A stretch of DNA of 64,000 nucleotides from Candidatus Uhrbacteria bacterium. Its GTDB lineage: Bacteria > Patescibacteriota > Patescibacteriia > 2-12-FULL-60-25. Positions 46,290-55,398 of the stretch are shown here, in pieces. Location: positions 139,162 through 203,161 of the forward strand of contig DAHVZI010000002.1 of assembly GCA_027330985.1 (NCBI GenBank). The letters are read 5' to 3'. The translations under genes and the position numbers were made by a program. How positions within the stretch are numbered: the stretch's first letter is position 1; every line of letters starts with the position of its first letter. The notes beneath the pieces are model-generated. The model was not told where the DNA came from and searched no databases. It saw nothing but the letters and a program-made list of their open reading frames with translations.

Positions 46290-46688
46290 ATGTCTGACGA
46301 AATGAAGAACGTCGAAGTGCCGGAGAAATTCAAGGCCTTCGTCGAATCAATCGAGAAACTCTCCGTCCTCGACTTGGCCGAATTGGTCAAGGTCCTGGAA
46401 GATAAGTTCGGCGTATCCGCTGCCGCTCCGGTCATGATGGCCGCAGCAGGCGCCGGTGCAGCAGCAGCTGAAGAGAAGACCTCATTCGATGTCGAATTGG
46501 CGGAAGCCGGCGGCAACAAGATCGGTGTCATCAAGGTCGTGCGCGAGGTGACCGGTTTGGGTCTCAAAGAGGCCAAGGACTTGGTCGATGGCGCGCCTAA
46601 GATGATCAAGGAAGGTGCCGATAAGGCCACAGCTGAAGAGATCAAGAAGAAGGTCGAAGAGGCTGGCGGTAAGGTCAACCTCAAATAA
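46290..46688 (+). CDS. rplL: 50S ribosomal protein L7/L12
   Basis: N-terminal dimerisation helix, Ala-rich hinge, C-terminal domain ([25 protein letters not shown]). Confidence 0.9.
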   Translation: MSDEMKNVEVPEKFKAFVESIEKLSVLDLAELVKVLEDKFGVSAAAPVMMAAAGAGAAAAEEKTSFDVELAEAGGNKIGVIKVVREVTGLGLKEAKDLVDGAPKMIKEGADKATAEEIKKKVEEAGGKVNLK

Positions 46689-46706
46689 CCATAGGTTTTA
46701 GAAGAA

Positions 46707-46737
46707 AAGAGGCGTCCTGCGGGGCGTCTTTTTTCGT
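46707..46737 (+). terminator. rho-independent terminator after rplL
   Basis: GGCGUCC-UGCG-GGGCGUC stem with G-U pairs, followed by T6. Confidence 0.5.
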
Positions 46738-46849
46738 ATCCGGCATCTTGACCTGTGGCTGTAAAAATGGTGGTGTAATGGGGGTCTTTGGTATGCTTAA
46801 GACGGTACATTCCATCACCTAGAAACTCTGGCGCCAGACAGGAGGTAGC

Positions 46850-48946
46850 ATGCTGGTCCTAAAGGTCGTTTTCAGGTCGCTGCTTCGCGGCGCATGGCGC
46901 GCCAGACGGAGTGGCCTGATGGCGCTCATCGGCGTCATCACCTTCATCGCTTTCGCGGTCGTGCCGCGAAGCGCATCCGCCGCTAATAGCGGTTACTGTT
47001 TCCGCGTGCTCAGCGAGACGGATCAGGCCTATCGGGTAATCACCGAAGCGCATTCGGGCTGTGATATCTACAAGATGATCAGGCTTTACCCTCAGAAGGA
47101 TGGGCAAGGCAACGTGTTGCCGGATCAGGTCCAGCTGCGGAGCATCCATGCCGCTAACCTGATCGACGAGGGGAACGGTAAGTTCTCAGACGGTAGCATC
47201 AAACGTAGGTGTACGAAAGACGGACGGCCGAGCCCTGATAGCAACGCTGAAGAGCTCGCGATCTGCAAACACCTGGTGTTCTTCTATGACCTGCCCAACG
47301 TGTCGTATGTCGTGCCGAAAGCGCGCGTGTACACGCCGGCTGAGAATAGGGTGAGGCAAGCGGCGGAAGAAGCCGAGAAAGCCAAGCGCGATGCCGCTGC
47401 AGCCAAGGCGGCGGAAGAAGCGCATCAGGAGTCGGAAGCTTTCAAGCGTGCCGCCAAGGCGGAAGACGAGCTTAAGCTCGAGCGCAAGAGGTCGGCTGGC
47501 CTGCAAAGCGAGCTGAACGACATCGCGGACAAAGCCTGGCGCGTCGCGACCTTCCCTGAATTGGCGGGTGCATTCATCTGCGCTTTGGCCTATGCATTGC
47601 TGGCTTCGATGCTGGCGGCCCATTATCGCTTCAAGCTGCGGCCATTGACGGTCGATGGTTATGGCTATCCTGATCCGCTCGCTGCCGTGCAGGAGCTGAA
47701 CATGAAGCTTTTGGCACTGCGTGATGAAGTCGCACGGTGGCGTAGGGCCGATTCAGATCGGAGAAGCCTTGAGGCAGCTGAGCAGAAGAAGGGAAGCCAA
47801 GAGCTCCAGGATCTCCAGCAGCGAGCGGAAGCGGCTGAAGCGGAAGCTCTCGCCCTCAAGAAAGAGAACGAGGGTATAAAGAGCAATCTGGAAGCCCTGC
47901 GGAAAGCGCGCGCGAGCGAATCGGGCGGTACGCCTGCGACTGTGAAGCTTCTGGAAGAACGTCTCTCTACCGCGACCATGCAGTACAACGAGCTGGATGG
48001 GCTGCATAAAGGGCTCCAGGAAACGCGGCGTCGACAGGCTGTAGAGATCCAGCGGCTCCAGCAGGAGAACGATGAGGTGCGTGCATGTATGGCGCGCGTC
48101 GAGACCGAGAAACAGGGTCTGTCCGATCGTCTGAAGGCAATCCAAGACGAGCGATTGGCGGAGAATAGTGCGAGTTGGCACCTCGCATCTGTCGCTGACC
48201 CTGAAGAGGCAGTGACGCAGGTCAGGACGCCAAGCAGGGACTCGGTGACGCCGGATTCAGTTGCTGACGCGATCGGGTTCGCCAAACAGGAAGCGCGACC
48301 GCAAGAACCGGAAGAGCTCTTCGCCGGCCTGGCACAGGAGCTGACGGATGCGCGCAGAGAACGCGATCTGTTCCGTGGTGGCTTGCTCAGGATCTCCGGC
48401 CTGCTTTCTTGGGTAGAGGATCTTGAAGCCGAATCGTTCGATGTGCTGCGCACGAAGACTGACAAGATCATCGTAGCGGTGACGGACGCTTGCCGTAATT
48501 GGGCATCGACCGGGCATCCGACGACGGCCAGCGAAGTGCAGGTGGAGAGCAATATCCCCACGGTCAGCGCTTCAGAGGTCGTACGCATCGCGAAGATGTC
48601 CGATATGCTGCAGGAGAGAGCGGTGGATATCCAGGCTTTCCGCGGCATCATGGGTGACGTTTCGACGGCATCAGTCGGGCAATGCCTCAAGGCCTGCATC
48701 CATGAGTGGGCCATCAGGTCGGAGGGCGAACCTTTGGCCTTTGTCCTCGAAGAGCCTCATGAGGCATTCGATCTGAACAGACTCCTGCTATCCCACTTGG
48801 GCTTTGGCCCCAGGTTTTCTTCCACGGTGACATCAAGGTTTGCGGAAGCGGTGGATCGAGTCCATCTCGCGTGTGCTCCGGAATTCAGCCGTAGAGCCGT
48901 GAGTGGATCGGTACCTCCGTCGGCCGTACCTCAAGCAGCCGGATAG
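46850..48946 (+). CDS. large hypothetical protein with signal/TM segments and long coiled-coil (GC-rich island)
   Basis: ORF of 698 aa. N-terminal hydrophobic segment, Cys-containing domain, mid TM helix (LAGAFICALAYALLASMLAA), extended coiled-coil (EAEALALKKENEGIKSNLEALRKAR...). The antisense ORF 47665..48714 is judged spurious. Confidence 0.5.
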   Translation: MLVLKVVFRSLLRGAWRARRSGLMALIGVITFIAFAVVPRSASAANSGYCFRVLSETDQAYRVITEAHSGCDIYKMIRLYPQKDGQGNVLPDQVQLRSIHAANLIDEGNGKFSDGSIKRRCTKDGRPSPDSNAEELAICKHLVFFYDLPNVSYVVPKARVYTPAENRVRQAAEEAEKAKRDAAAAKAAEEAHQESEAFKRAAKAEDELKLERKRSAGLQSELNDIADKAWRVATFPELAGAFICALAYALLASMLAAHYRFKLRPLTVDGYGYPDPLAAVQELNMKLLALRDEVARWRRADSDRRSLEAAEQKKGSQELQDLQQRAEAAEAEALALKKENEGIKSNLEALRKARASESGGTPATVKLLEERLSTATMQYNELDGLHKGLQETRRRQAVEIQRLQQENDEVRACMARVETEKQGLSDRLKAIQDERLAENSASWHLASVADPEEAVTQVRTPSRDSVTPDSVADAIGFAKQEARPQEPEELFAGLAQELTDARRERDLFRGGLLRISGLLSWVEDLEAESFDVLRTKTDKIIVAVTDACRNWASTGHPTTASEVQVESNIPTVSASEVVRIAKMSDMLQERAVDIQAFRGIMGDVSTASVGQCLKACIHEWAIRSEGEPLAFVLEEPHEAFDLNRLLLSHLGFGPRFSSTVTSRFAEAVDRVHLACAPEFSRRAVSGSVPPSAVPQAAG

Positions 48947-49037
48947 ATGGTCCGAAGAAAAAACCATCCGAACTCAAATCCCCGATGCGGACACGCCTCG
49001 GGGATTCGTTTATTTCGTACCTAGGTAGGGTCTTGGT

Positions 49038-49556
49038 TCAAGCCTTCGGCCGCTGTTTTTCCAGCTCTGTCTTGATCAGCCCTACGATATTTTCTGCATC
49101 AGGGTGAGGTAGGACGTAATTGTTCTTGGATCCGCGGCAGAGCAGCAAAATGGCTTGCGGTGCGCCCATCCAGGGATAGGCCGGTTCATAGGCCGCCAGG
49201 ATCCTTACCGGAAGTGGTGTCCTGGGGATATCTATCTGCACGGCTGACGCACTGTCGTTCGGGAAGTCCGGAGTCGGTATGCAACGCACCTCTTCGATCA
49301 CGGAAAACGGGAAATGTGAGATGCCTACGCCCTGGCGTATGTCGACTCCTTTGTCGTCTATGGTCAAGATGAAGAAAGACGAAACCATGGCCCAGATACC
49401 GAGGAAACTGAATATCAGGGCAGAACCTAATGGTTTAGTCTCGATATCCTGGTGGCGCATCGCGGCCATCGCGACGGGAAAGAAGGCTATGACGAAACTG
49501 GCGAAGCTCAAGGCGATATATGGCCAAGCGATCGTCTTAGATCGGTAGACCTTCAT
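49038..49556 (-). CDS. hypothetical membrane protein
   Basis: 172 aa with two N-terminal TM helices. Confidence 0.45.
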   Translation of the reverse strand: MKVYRSKTIAWPYIALSFASFVIAFFPVAMAAMRHQDIETKPLGSALIFSFLGIWAMVSSFFILTIDDKGVDIRQGVGISHFPFSVIEEVRCIPTPDFPNDSASAVQIDIPRTPLPVRILAAYEPAYPWMGAPQAILLLCRGSKNNYVLPHPDAENIVGLIKTELEKQRPKA

Positions 49557-49558
49557 AT

Positions 49559-51682
49559 TTAGGGTAAGGGGACCACGAGCAGCCGGTTGCCGTCTATAAC
49601 TAGGATGCGCTTGCCGGATTCGTCGACCGACACGTCGCGCAGTTCATGGAATTCGGGTGAAGTGATCTGGGCTTTCAGCGTGCCGCTTTTGTCGAAGACC
49701 AGGATGCGTTTTTCCGTCAGGTCAGTGATCACCAAAAGCGATGAGTCCGTCTCCGTCCAGAGCGATGAAGCGGCTTTGAGCGGCGGGTCGATCGTCGGCA
49801 AGCTGAAACTGACTTGACCGCCGGAGAGGAACTGCATGAGCTGGCCGTCATTCTTCAGCACGTATACGTTGGAATCGATGGCCAAGGAGACTGCACCGTT
49901 CAAACTGACGTCGCTGGCTTTGATATAGGAGACTTCGCCGCTGAAGCCGCCGCCGACTGCGTTGTAGCGCCAGATCTGGTTGCCGTTGGCATCAAGACTG
50001 TAGATGCGGTTGGCGTAAAGATATGTGTCCTGTACCGGCGTCTTAGTCGTGCTCCAATTGAGCGTCTTGAGCAGATCGGTGGTTTTGCTCAAAGAGTACA
50101 TCTTGCCGTCTTTCGTAGCGAAATAGATCGAGTCCTTGCCTTCGTTGGCCGAGACCACGGGTTCTCCGCTTGCCGGGATATTTATAGGTTTGATGGATTT
50201 GTCAGCCAGGCTGATCTTCAGGATGTTGTTACTGGATTTATCCGCCACATAGGCCGTATCCTTCATGAGGAGCAGGCCAGAGAGGCTGCCGGAAGGCGTA
50301 CCTTCGGGGAGGGAGTAGAGCACGCTGACGTTATCCGCTTTGACCACCTTCTTGAGTTTTTCCTTTAGCGTGAGCAAGTCTTGATTGACTTTGTCCAATC
50401 TGGCTTTGCGATCAGCGTCATTCTGGTCCGAAGCGAGGCTTGCGACTATCTTGTCGGCTTGGTCGATCTCGTTACGGGCACGCAGCTCGTTGCCGTACAC
50501 CAAGTCGGACTCGGCTCGGTTGCGGTTGTCGACGGCCGTGTCGTAAGTCGAATTCCAGGCAGCGATCTCGGCGGCGACGCGTTTGGAATGTTGCCACCAA
50601 TAATATCCGATGATGGAACCCGTCAGGACGATGCCGACGGCGGCGATGATGAGTTTATGTTTGCGCGTCAGGGCGCTGCGGTAACCGGCGTTCATGCTGC
50701 GCAGGCTGGCCATCGCGACCGGATCCGCCGGTTCGCGTTTTTTGGCCAAACGGCCGATGACCCCAATGGTTTTTTTTGCGCCGGTCTGGATCAATGCGGA
50801 CAATTTAGCGGCAAGTTCCTTGCCTCCCTTCAGCCCATCCAGGGGGGTGAGCACGGGAGCCAGATTCTGTTCGGCTTCCTCTTCGGCTTCCTGAAGCTTG
50901 TGTATGGAATCGGTGCTTGCGTCAGTCTCCGGGAGCTCATCTTTCTTCAGTTCCAGGGTGAGTTGCGGTTCCTGCGGTTTCGTCTCGTAGCAGGCGATGA
51001 TGGCGGCGACGAAATCATCCGGAATGCCGCGACGTTCCAGGTCGTGCTTGAGTTCCATGGCCGCCGTCACCGGTGGCATGGCAGTCAGCCGTTCGGCGAT
51101 ACGGAGTTCACCGCGCAAGCGGTCGAGGTTCGAACTGCCCGCGATGAGCATGTCGCCTGGGTGGACGTCTCCGCAGACGATGGAGGAAAAAGGTTTCTGC
51201 GGATCGGTGTGCGCCGGCTGTTCGAGCGAACCGAAGATATCGAAAGCCTTGAAACTGCCGTCGGTTTGCTTCTGCAGGAAGGTGTTCATCAGGCGGCCGG
51301 TGCCGGTGAAGCACATGTGGCCTTCCGAAAGCTCTATGACGTAGATGTTGATGCGTTGCCATTGCAGCGGAGCGGCTTCTTCATCGACGAATCCGGCGGC
51401 CGTCTCGTTGAGTTGTTGAACCAGTTTCTCGAATCGTGCGAGTGGATCTTGATCGACTTGGCTGACCAGATGGCGAGTCCGTTCAGCTGCGGAGTTCAGG
51501 GCATCCAAAAGACGCTCATAAGCATAGAGCGTGGATTTGATGTCGGCGATCACCAAAAGCGTCGGTCCGACTTTAGGGCGACTTGGGTTGTCGAAACGAA
51601 AAATGCCGACGATGGTGTCGTCGCTTAGGCTTTTGGCCACCTCGAGTTCGGCAATTCGGAATTGTTGTTTTTCGTCGCTCAT
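49559..51682 (-). CDS. large membrane protein with cytoplasmic N-terminal domain and C-terminal beta-propeller-like repeats
   Basis: 707 aa. Single TM helix (IIAAVGIVLTGSIIGYYWW). The C-terminal third has repeated beta-strand blocks (IYFATKDGKMYSL, IYSLDANGNQIWRY, VYVLKNDGQLMQF, ILVFDKSG). Confidence 0.5.
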   Translation of the reverse strand: MSDEKQQFRIAELEVAKSLSDDTIVGIFRFDNPSRPKVGPTLLVIADIKSTLYAYERLLDALNSAAERTRHLVSQVDQDPLARFEKLVQQLNETAAGFVDEEAAPLQWQRINIYVIELSEGHMCFTGTGRLMNTFLQKQTDGSFKAFDIFGSLEQPAHTDPQKPFSSIVCGDVHPGDMLIAGSSNLDRLRGELRIAERLTAMPPVTAAMELKHDLERRGIPDDFVAAIIACYETKPQEPQLTLELKKDELPETDASTDSIHKLQEAEEEAEQNLAPVLTPLDGLKGGKELAAKLSALIQTGAKKTIGVIGRLAKKREPADPVAMASLRSMNAGYRSALTRKHKLIIAAVGIVLTGSIIGYYWWQHSKRVAAEIAAWNSTYDTAVDNRNRAESDLVYGNELRARNEIDQADKIVASLASDQNDADRKARLDKVNQDLLTLKEKLKKVVKADNVSVLYSLPEGTPSGSLSGLLLMKDTAYVADKSSNNILKISLADKSIKPINIPASGEPVVSANEGKDSIYFATKDGKMYSLSKTTDLLKTLNWSTTKTPVQDTYLYANRIYSLDANGNQIWRYNAVGGGFSGEVSYIKASDVSLNGAVSLAIDSNVYVLKNDGQLMQFLSGGQVSFSLPTIDPPLKAASSLWTETDSSLLVITDLTEKRILVFDKSGTLKAQITSPEFHELRDVSVDESGKRILVIDGNRLLVVPLP

Positions 51683-51820
51683 GAGCCGTGGTTTCCGCAG
51701 GGCGAATGTACTGCGAAGTATACGTTATGCAAGCATTTAAGTCTATCCTAGACGACTGTGAGGCAAAACGCACACCCCTTGTCAAGAGCCGTTTATGCAG
51801 GCAGTATGGAGGCATGGAAT

Positions 51821-52408
51821 ATGCTTGAACACTTATTTGGCTCAAGAACTAGACTAAAATTGCTCATGTTGTTCATACAGTCACCCGACGAGGTGTTTTA
51901 TGTGCGCGAATTGACCCGTCGCGTGGGCACGCAGATCAATGCCGTCAGACGAGAAATCCAGAACCTAAGCGGCATAGGATTGATAATGGAAGGCGCCTCA
52001 AAGGACGATGAAGCCAAGTTGCCTGGCTTGAAGCGTAAGTACTACACGGCCAACATGGATTTCCCGCTCATGCAGGAAGTCCGGGCTTTGTTGCTCAAGG
52101 CTTATGCCTTGATGGAATGGAAGTTGGAGGACCGCATCAAGTCTTTGGGGGACATCCGGTTTCTTGCGCTCATGGGCTATTTCATCGGACAGACCAACCA
52201 GCCGGTCGATGTGTTTGTCGTCGGCGAGGTAAGCAAGTCGGAGCTGAAGGAACTGATGAAGCAAGCCGAAGAAAAATTGGGCGCAGAGATCAACTATACG
52301 GTCATGACCTCGCAGGAGTATGCTTACCGTAAGGAGATGGCCGATCGTTTCCTGGAGGGTATACTGAAAGCGCCAAAGAGCGTGGTCATCGACAAGTTGG
52401 ATAAGTAA
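51821..52408 (+). CDS. winged-helix transcriptional regulator-like protein
   Basis: MLEHLFGSRTRLKLLMLFIQSPDEVFYVRELTRRVG is paralogous to the N-terminus of the gene at 2282. ATG at 51821 was chosen by that analogy. The track ORF begins at 51758. Confidence 0.55.
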   Translation: MLEHLFGSRTRLKLLMLFIQSPDEVFYVRELTRRVGTQINAVRREIQNLSGIGLIMEGASKDDEAKLPGLKRKYYTANMDFPLMQEVRALLLKAYALMEWKLEDRIKSLGDIRFLALMGYFIGQTNQPVDVFVVGEVSKSELKELMKQAEEKLGAEINYTVMTSQEYAYRKEMADRFLEGILKAPKSVVIDKLDK

Positions 52409-52412
52409 CCAA

Positions 52413-52808
52413 GTGACTATGGGTTGGCTTTTCATCGAGACGACCAGACCGGGTGAGTTCCGGTTGGGGTTATTGACGCCAAAGGACGTCAAGGTGAAGA
52501 CCTTCAAAGGGCGCTCTAATTCGGTGTTGACGCGCCTGTCGTCTTTGGTGAAACGGACGGCGCTCAGCAGCCTGAACGGCATCTGCGTAGTCTGCGGTTC
52601 TGGTTCTTTCACTTCGGTGCGCACGGGTGTGCTCATCGCGAACATCCTGGCGCGCAAACTCAAGAAACCGTTAGTTGGGATCAATGCCGAACAGGCGCAA
52701 GACATGGACGAGTTGGTCGCTAAACTGTCGCATGGCAAGCTAAAGCGAAGTACATACGTCAAACCTGTGTATGACGCCGAACCTAATATTACGTTGCCTT
52801 CAGCATGA
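52413..52808 (+). CDS. truncated TsaB/YeaZ-like protein (ASKHA N-terminal half only)
   Basis: LFIETT...SLNGICVVCGSGSFTSVRTGVLIANILA matches the TsaB/TsaD N-terminal motif (GPGSFTGVRIG). Only 131 aa. Confidence 0.5.
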   Translation: MTMGWLFIETTRPGEFRLGLLTPKDVKVKTFKGRSNSVLTRLSSLVKRTALSSLNGICVVCGSGSFTSVRTGVLIANILARKLKKPLVGINAEQAQDMDELVAKLSHGKLKRSTYVKPVYDAEPNITLPSA

Positions 52809-54313
52809 ATACGGATAGGTTGAAAATGCGTCTCTACGAGATCCTGCCCGGCGCATTAGTCTGGCTGACGCTCATCGCGTCGGTTGTTTTGTCTTTCTTC
52901 CAACCGCTGTGGGTCATCTATTTCGTGGTGGTGTTCGATCTATATTGGCTCTTCCGCGTGGCTTACTACATGCCATTCCTATTGATCTCTTGGTGGCGTT
53001 ATCGCACCGCGCTGAAGAAGGATTGGCAGGCTGAGGCGGAGAAGCTCCAAGGTTACGATGACATAAGGCATCTGATTTTACTTCCGACGCTCAAAGAAGA
53101 TGAGGTAGTCGTCAGGGAGACGCTGGAATCATTATACAAAAGTCCATATCCCGCGGATCGCATGATAGTGGTCTTGGGTGGGGAAGCTCGGGCCCATGAC
53201 CATTTCGTACCGATAGCGGAGGCGATGCGGAAAGAGTTCGGCGATAAGTTCATGAAACTCTGCATCACGGAGCATCCGGTTGGTTTGCCCGAAGAGATCA
53301 GCGGCAAAGGATCGAACCTGAACTGGTCGGGCCACCAAGTCTTGCCTGTGGTGACGGAGGAGCTCGGTCTCAATCCGGACAAGGTAATAGTCTCTTCATT
53401 CGACGTGGATACGCTCGTGCATCCGCAATATTTTTCTTGCCTGACTTATTTATATCTGACTACGCCGGAACCGACGCGCAGCTCTTTCCAACCGATCCCT
53501 CTCTACAACAACAACCTGTGGGATTCTCCGGCCGCTGTGCGCGTCGCCATGTTCGGTACGACCTTCTGGCTGATGACCGAATTATCGCGTCCGGAAGGCA
53601 TGATGACGTTCTCTTCGCACTCGATGAGTCTGCGCATGCTGATCGATGTGGATTTTTGGCAGAAGGATATCGTCAGCGAAGACTCAAGGATTTTCCTGCA
53701 GGGACTGATGCATTATCACGGACGCTATCGGGTGACGCCGATGTATCTGCCGGTCTCGATGGATACGGTCATGACGGGGGATTACTGGAAGGCATTATGG
53801 GCTTTGTATAAACAATTGAGACGTTGGGCTTGGGGGGTCGAGAATTTTCCGTACATGATGCGTGAGTTCTCGAAAGACAAGGAGATGCCATGGAACCTTA
53901 AGGTATTCTTCATCTTCAAACAGCTCGAAGGCATGTATACCTGGGCCACGGCGCCGATCTTGATTTTCGTCCTCGGGCGCATGCCCTTTTGGGTTGCCCC
54001 TGATGCTTTCCGCGAATTCGCCGTGTTCCAGAACACGCCATTCATGCTCCAATGGCTGATGCGCTTCGCCATGGTCGGTGTTTTCGTCTCGGCCGGTCTG
54101 GCTTTTACCTTGTTGCCTCCAAAACCTTCGCACATCGCACGTCGTCAATATGTCGTGGTGACCATCCTGCAGTGGGTTCTGTTGCCGATTACTTTCGTGA
54201 TTTTCGGAGCCATCCCGGCCATCGATGCCCAGACAAGACACATGCTTGGCGGGAAGTGGCGTTTAGGGTTTAATGTGAGTCCGAAGAGGGCAGGCAAGGT
54301 CGGAAAGGAGTGA
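52805..54313 (+). CDS. processive family-2 glycosyltransferase (cellulose/chitin-synthase-like membrane GT)
   Basis: Multiple TM helices, DxD region (SFDVDT), and the Q(L)RRWAWG motif (QxxRW) typical of processive beta-glycosyltransferases. Confidence 0.65.
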   Translation: MNTDRLKMRLYEILPGALVWLTLIASVVLSFFQPLWVIYFVVVFDLYWLFRVAYYMPFLLISWWRYRTALKKDWQAEAEKLQGYDDIRHLILLPTLKEDEVVVRETLESLYKSPYPADRMIVVLGGEARAHDHFVPIAEAMRKEFGDKFMKLCITEHPVGLPEEISGKGSNLNWSGHQVLPVVTEELGLNPDKVIVSSFDVDTLVHPQYFSCLTYLYLTTPEPTRSSFQPIPLYNNNLWDSPAAVRVAMFGTTFWLMTELSRPEGMMTFSSHSMSLRMLIDVDFWQKDIVSEDSRIFLQGLMHYHGRYRVTPMYLPVSMDTVMTGDYWKALWALYKQLRRWAWGVENFPYMMREFSKDKEMPWNLKVFFIFKQLEGMYTWATAPILIFVLGRMPFWVAPDAFREFAVFQNTPFMLQWLMRFAMVGVFVSAGLAFTLLPPKPSHIARRQYVVVTILQWVLLPITFVIFGAIPAIDAQTRHMLGGKWRLGFNVSPKRAGKVGKE

Positions 54314-54345
54314 GGCGGCATCCGACCAAGAATAAGGGTTAAAGC

Positions 54346-55398
54346 ATGCAAGAAGCGAAGAAAACAATCATCAATGTAGTCACCTGGAACGGGCTGGCAT
54401 ATCTGCCCAATTTTTTTGCATCCCTGGATGAGCAGACGTATCGGGATTTCACGGTGTCGGTGGTGGATAATGCTTCGGACGACGGGACTCTTGCTTGGTT
54501 GGAGAGTGAACGGCCGGACACGGCTTTATTGCGGAATTTCAAGAATCAGGGGTTTGCCCGAGCGAATAATCAGGCGATCACCTTGGCTTTATCGCGTTGG
54601 CCTGAAGAGACCTGGAAAGACCATTACATCCTGATCGCTAACCAAGATCTGGAGCTTGCGCCGGATTGTCTTCGTCAGTTGGTGGCGGCTTTGGATGCTG
54701 ATCCTGATTTAGCTGGAGTCCAACCAAAGTTGCTGCAAGCAAGCTTCGTGGCTGAGACGGACGGTACGCGCGAAACGGAACGCGGTAACTCCATCGATTC
54801 CGTAGGTATAGTCCTGACCAAGGCACGTCGTGCGTACGAGCGCGGAGCAGGCGAGACAGATCGCGGGCAATATGATGTCGCCTGTGAAGTTTTTGCCCTG
54901 ACTGGCGCTTTGGCGATGTACCGCGCATCGGCTCTGGCTGAGGCGAAGCTGGCCGGAGAATTTTTCGATGAGGATTTCGGATCGTATAAGGAGGATATAG
55001 ATTTGGGTTGGCGCATGCGTAGATTGGGTATGCGGGTGAGTTTGGTGCCGGGCGCCGTAGCTTGGCACCATCGCAGTGCGGCGAGCTCCAAGCAGGGGTT
55101 GCTTTGGCTGAAAGCCTTTTTTCGTCGCTTCAAGAAACCCAAGAGGATAAATTTCGCTTCCACCCGGAATCATCTCTGGCTGACCTGGAAGAACGATGAG
55201 ACGGTCGATCGTCTAGTCCACGCTTTTTGGATCGTGCCTTATGAGACCGGTAAGTTCATTTCGTATATCTTCACCCCGAGTTCGTTCAAGGCGACTTTTG
55301 CGGCGTGGGGTGGTTATCTCAAGATGAAACGTAAGCACAAAGAGCTGGCGCAGAGGACTAAGGTGTCAGGATCGGAGATGCGCAAGTGGTACGTATGA
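54346..55398 (+). CDS. family-2 glycosyltransferase
   Basis: GT-A fold N-terminus (VVTWNGLAYL, VSVVDNASDDGT), DxD-like EDID. Confidence 0.7.
   Translation: MQEAKKTIINVVTWNGLAYLPNFFASLDEQTYRDFTVSVVDNASDDGTLAWLESERPDTALLRNFKNQGFARANNQAITLALSRWPEETWKDHYILIANQDLELAPDCLRQLVAALDADPDLAGVQPKLLQASFVAETDGTRETERGNSIDSVGIVLTKARRAYERGAGETDRGQYDVACEVFALTGALAMYRASALAEAKLAGEFFDEDFGSYKEDIDLGWRMRRLGMRVSLVPGAVAWHHRSAASSKQGLLWLKAFFRRFKKPKRINFASTRNHLWLTWKNDETVDRLVHAFWIVPYETGKFISYIFTPSSFKATFAAWGGYLKMKRKHKELAQRTKVSGSEMRKWYV

Noticed and set aside
47665-48714. Minus-strand 349-aa ORF inside the coiled-coil gene
   Set aside because: Ser/Arg/Ala-rich wrong-frame translation of GC-rich DNA. The plus-strand ORF is twice as long with coherent coiled-coil heptads.
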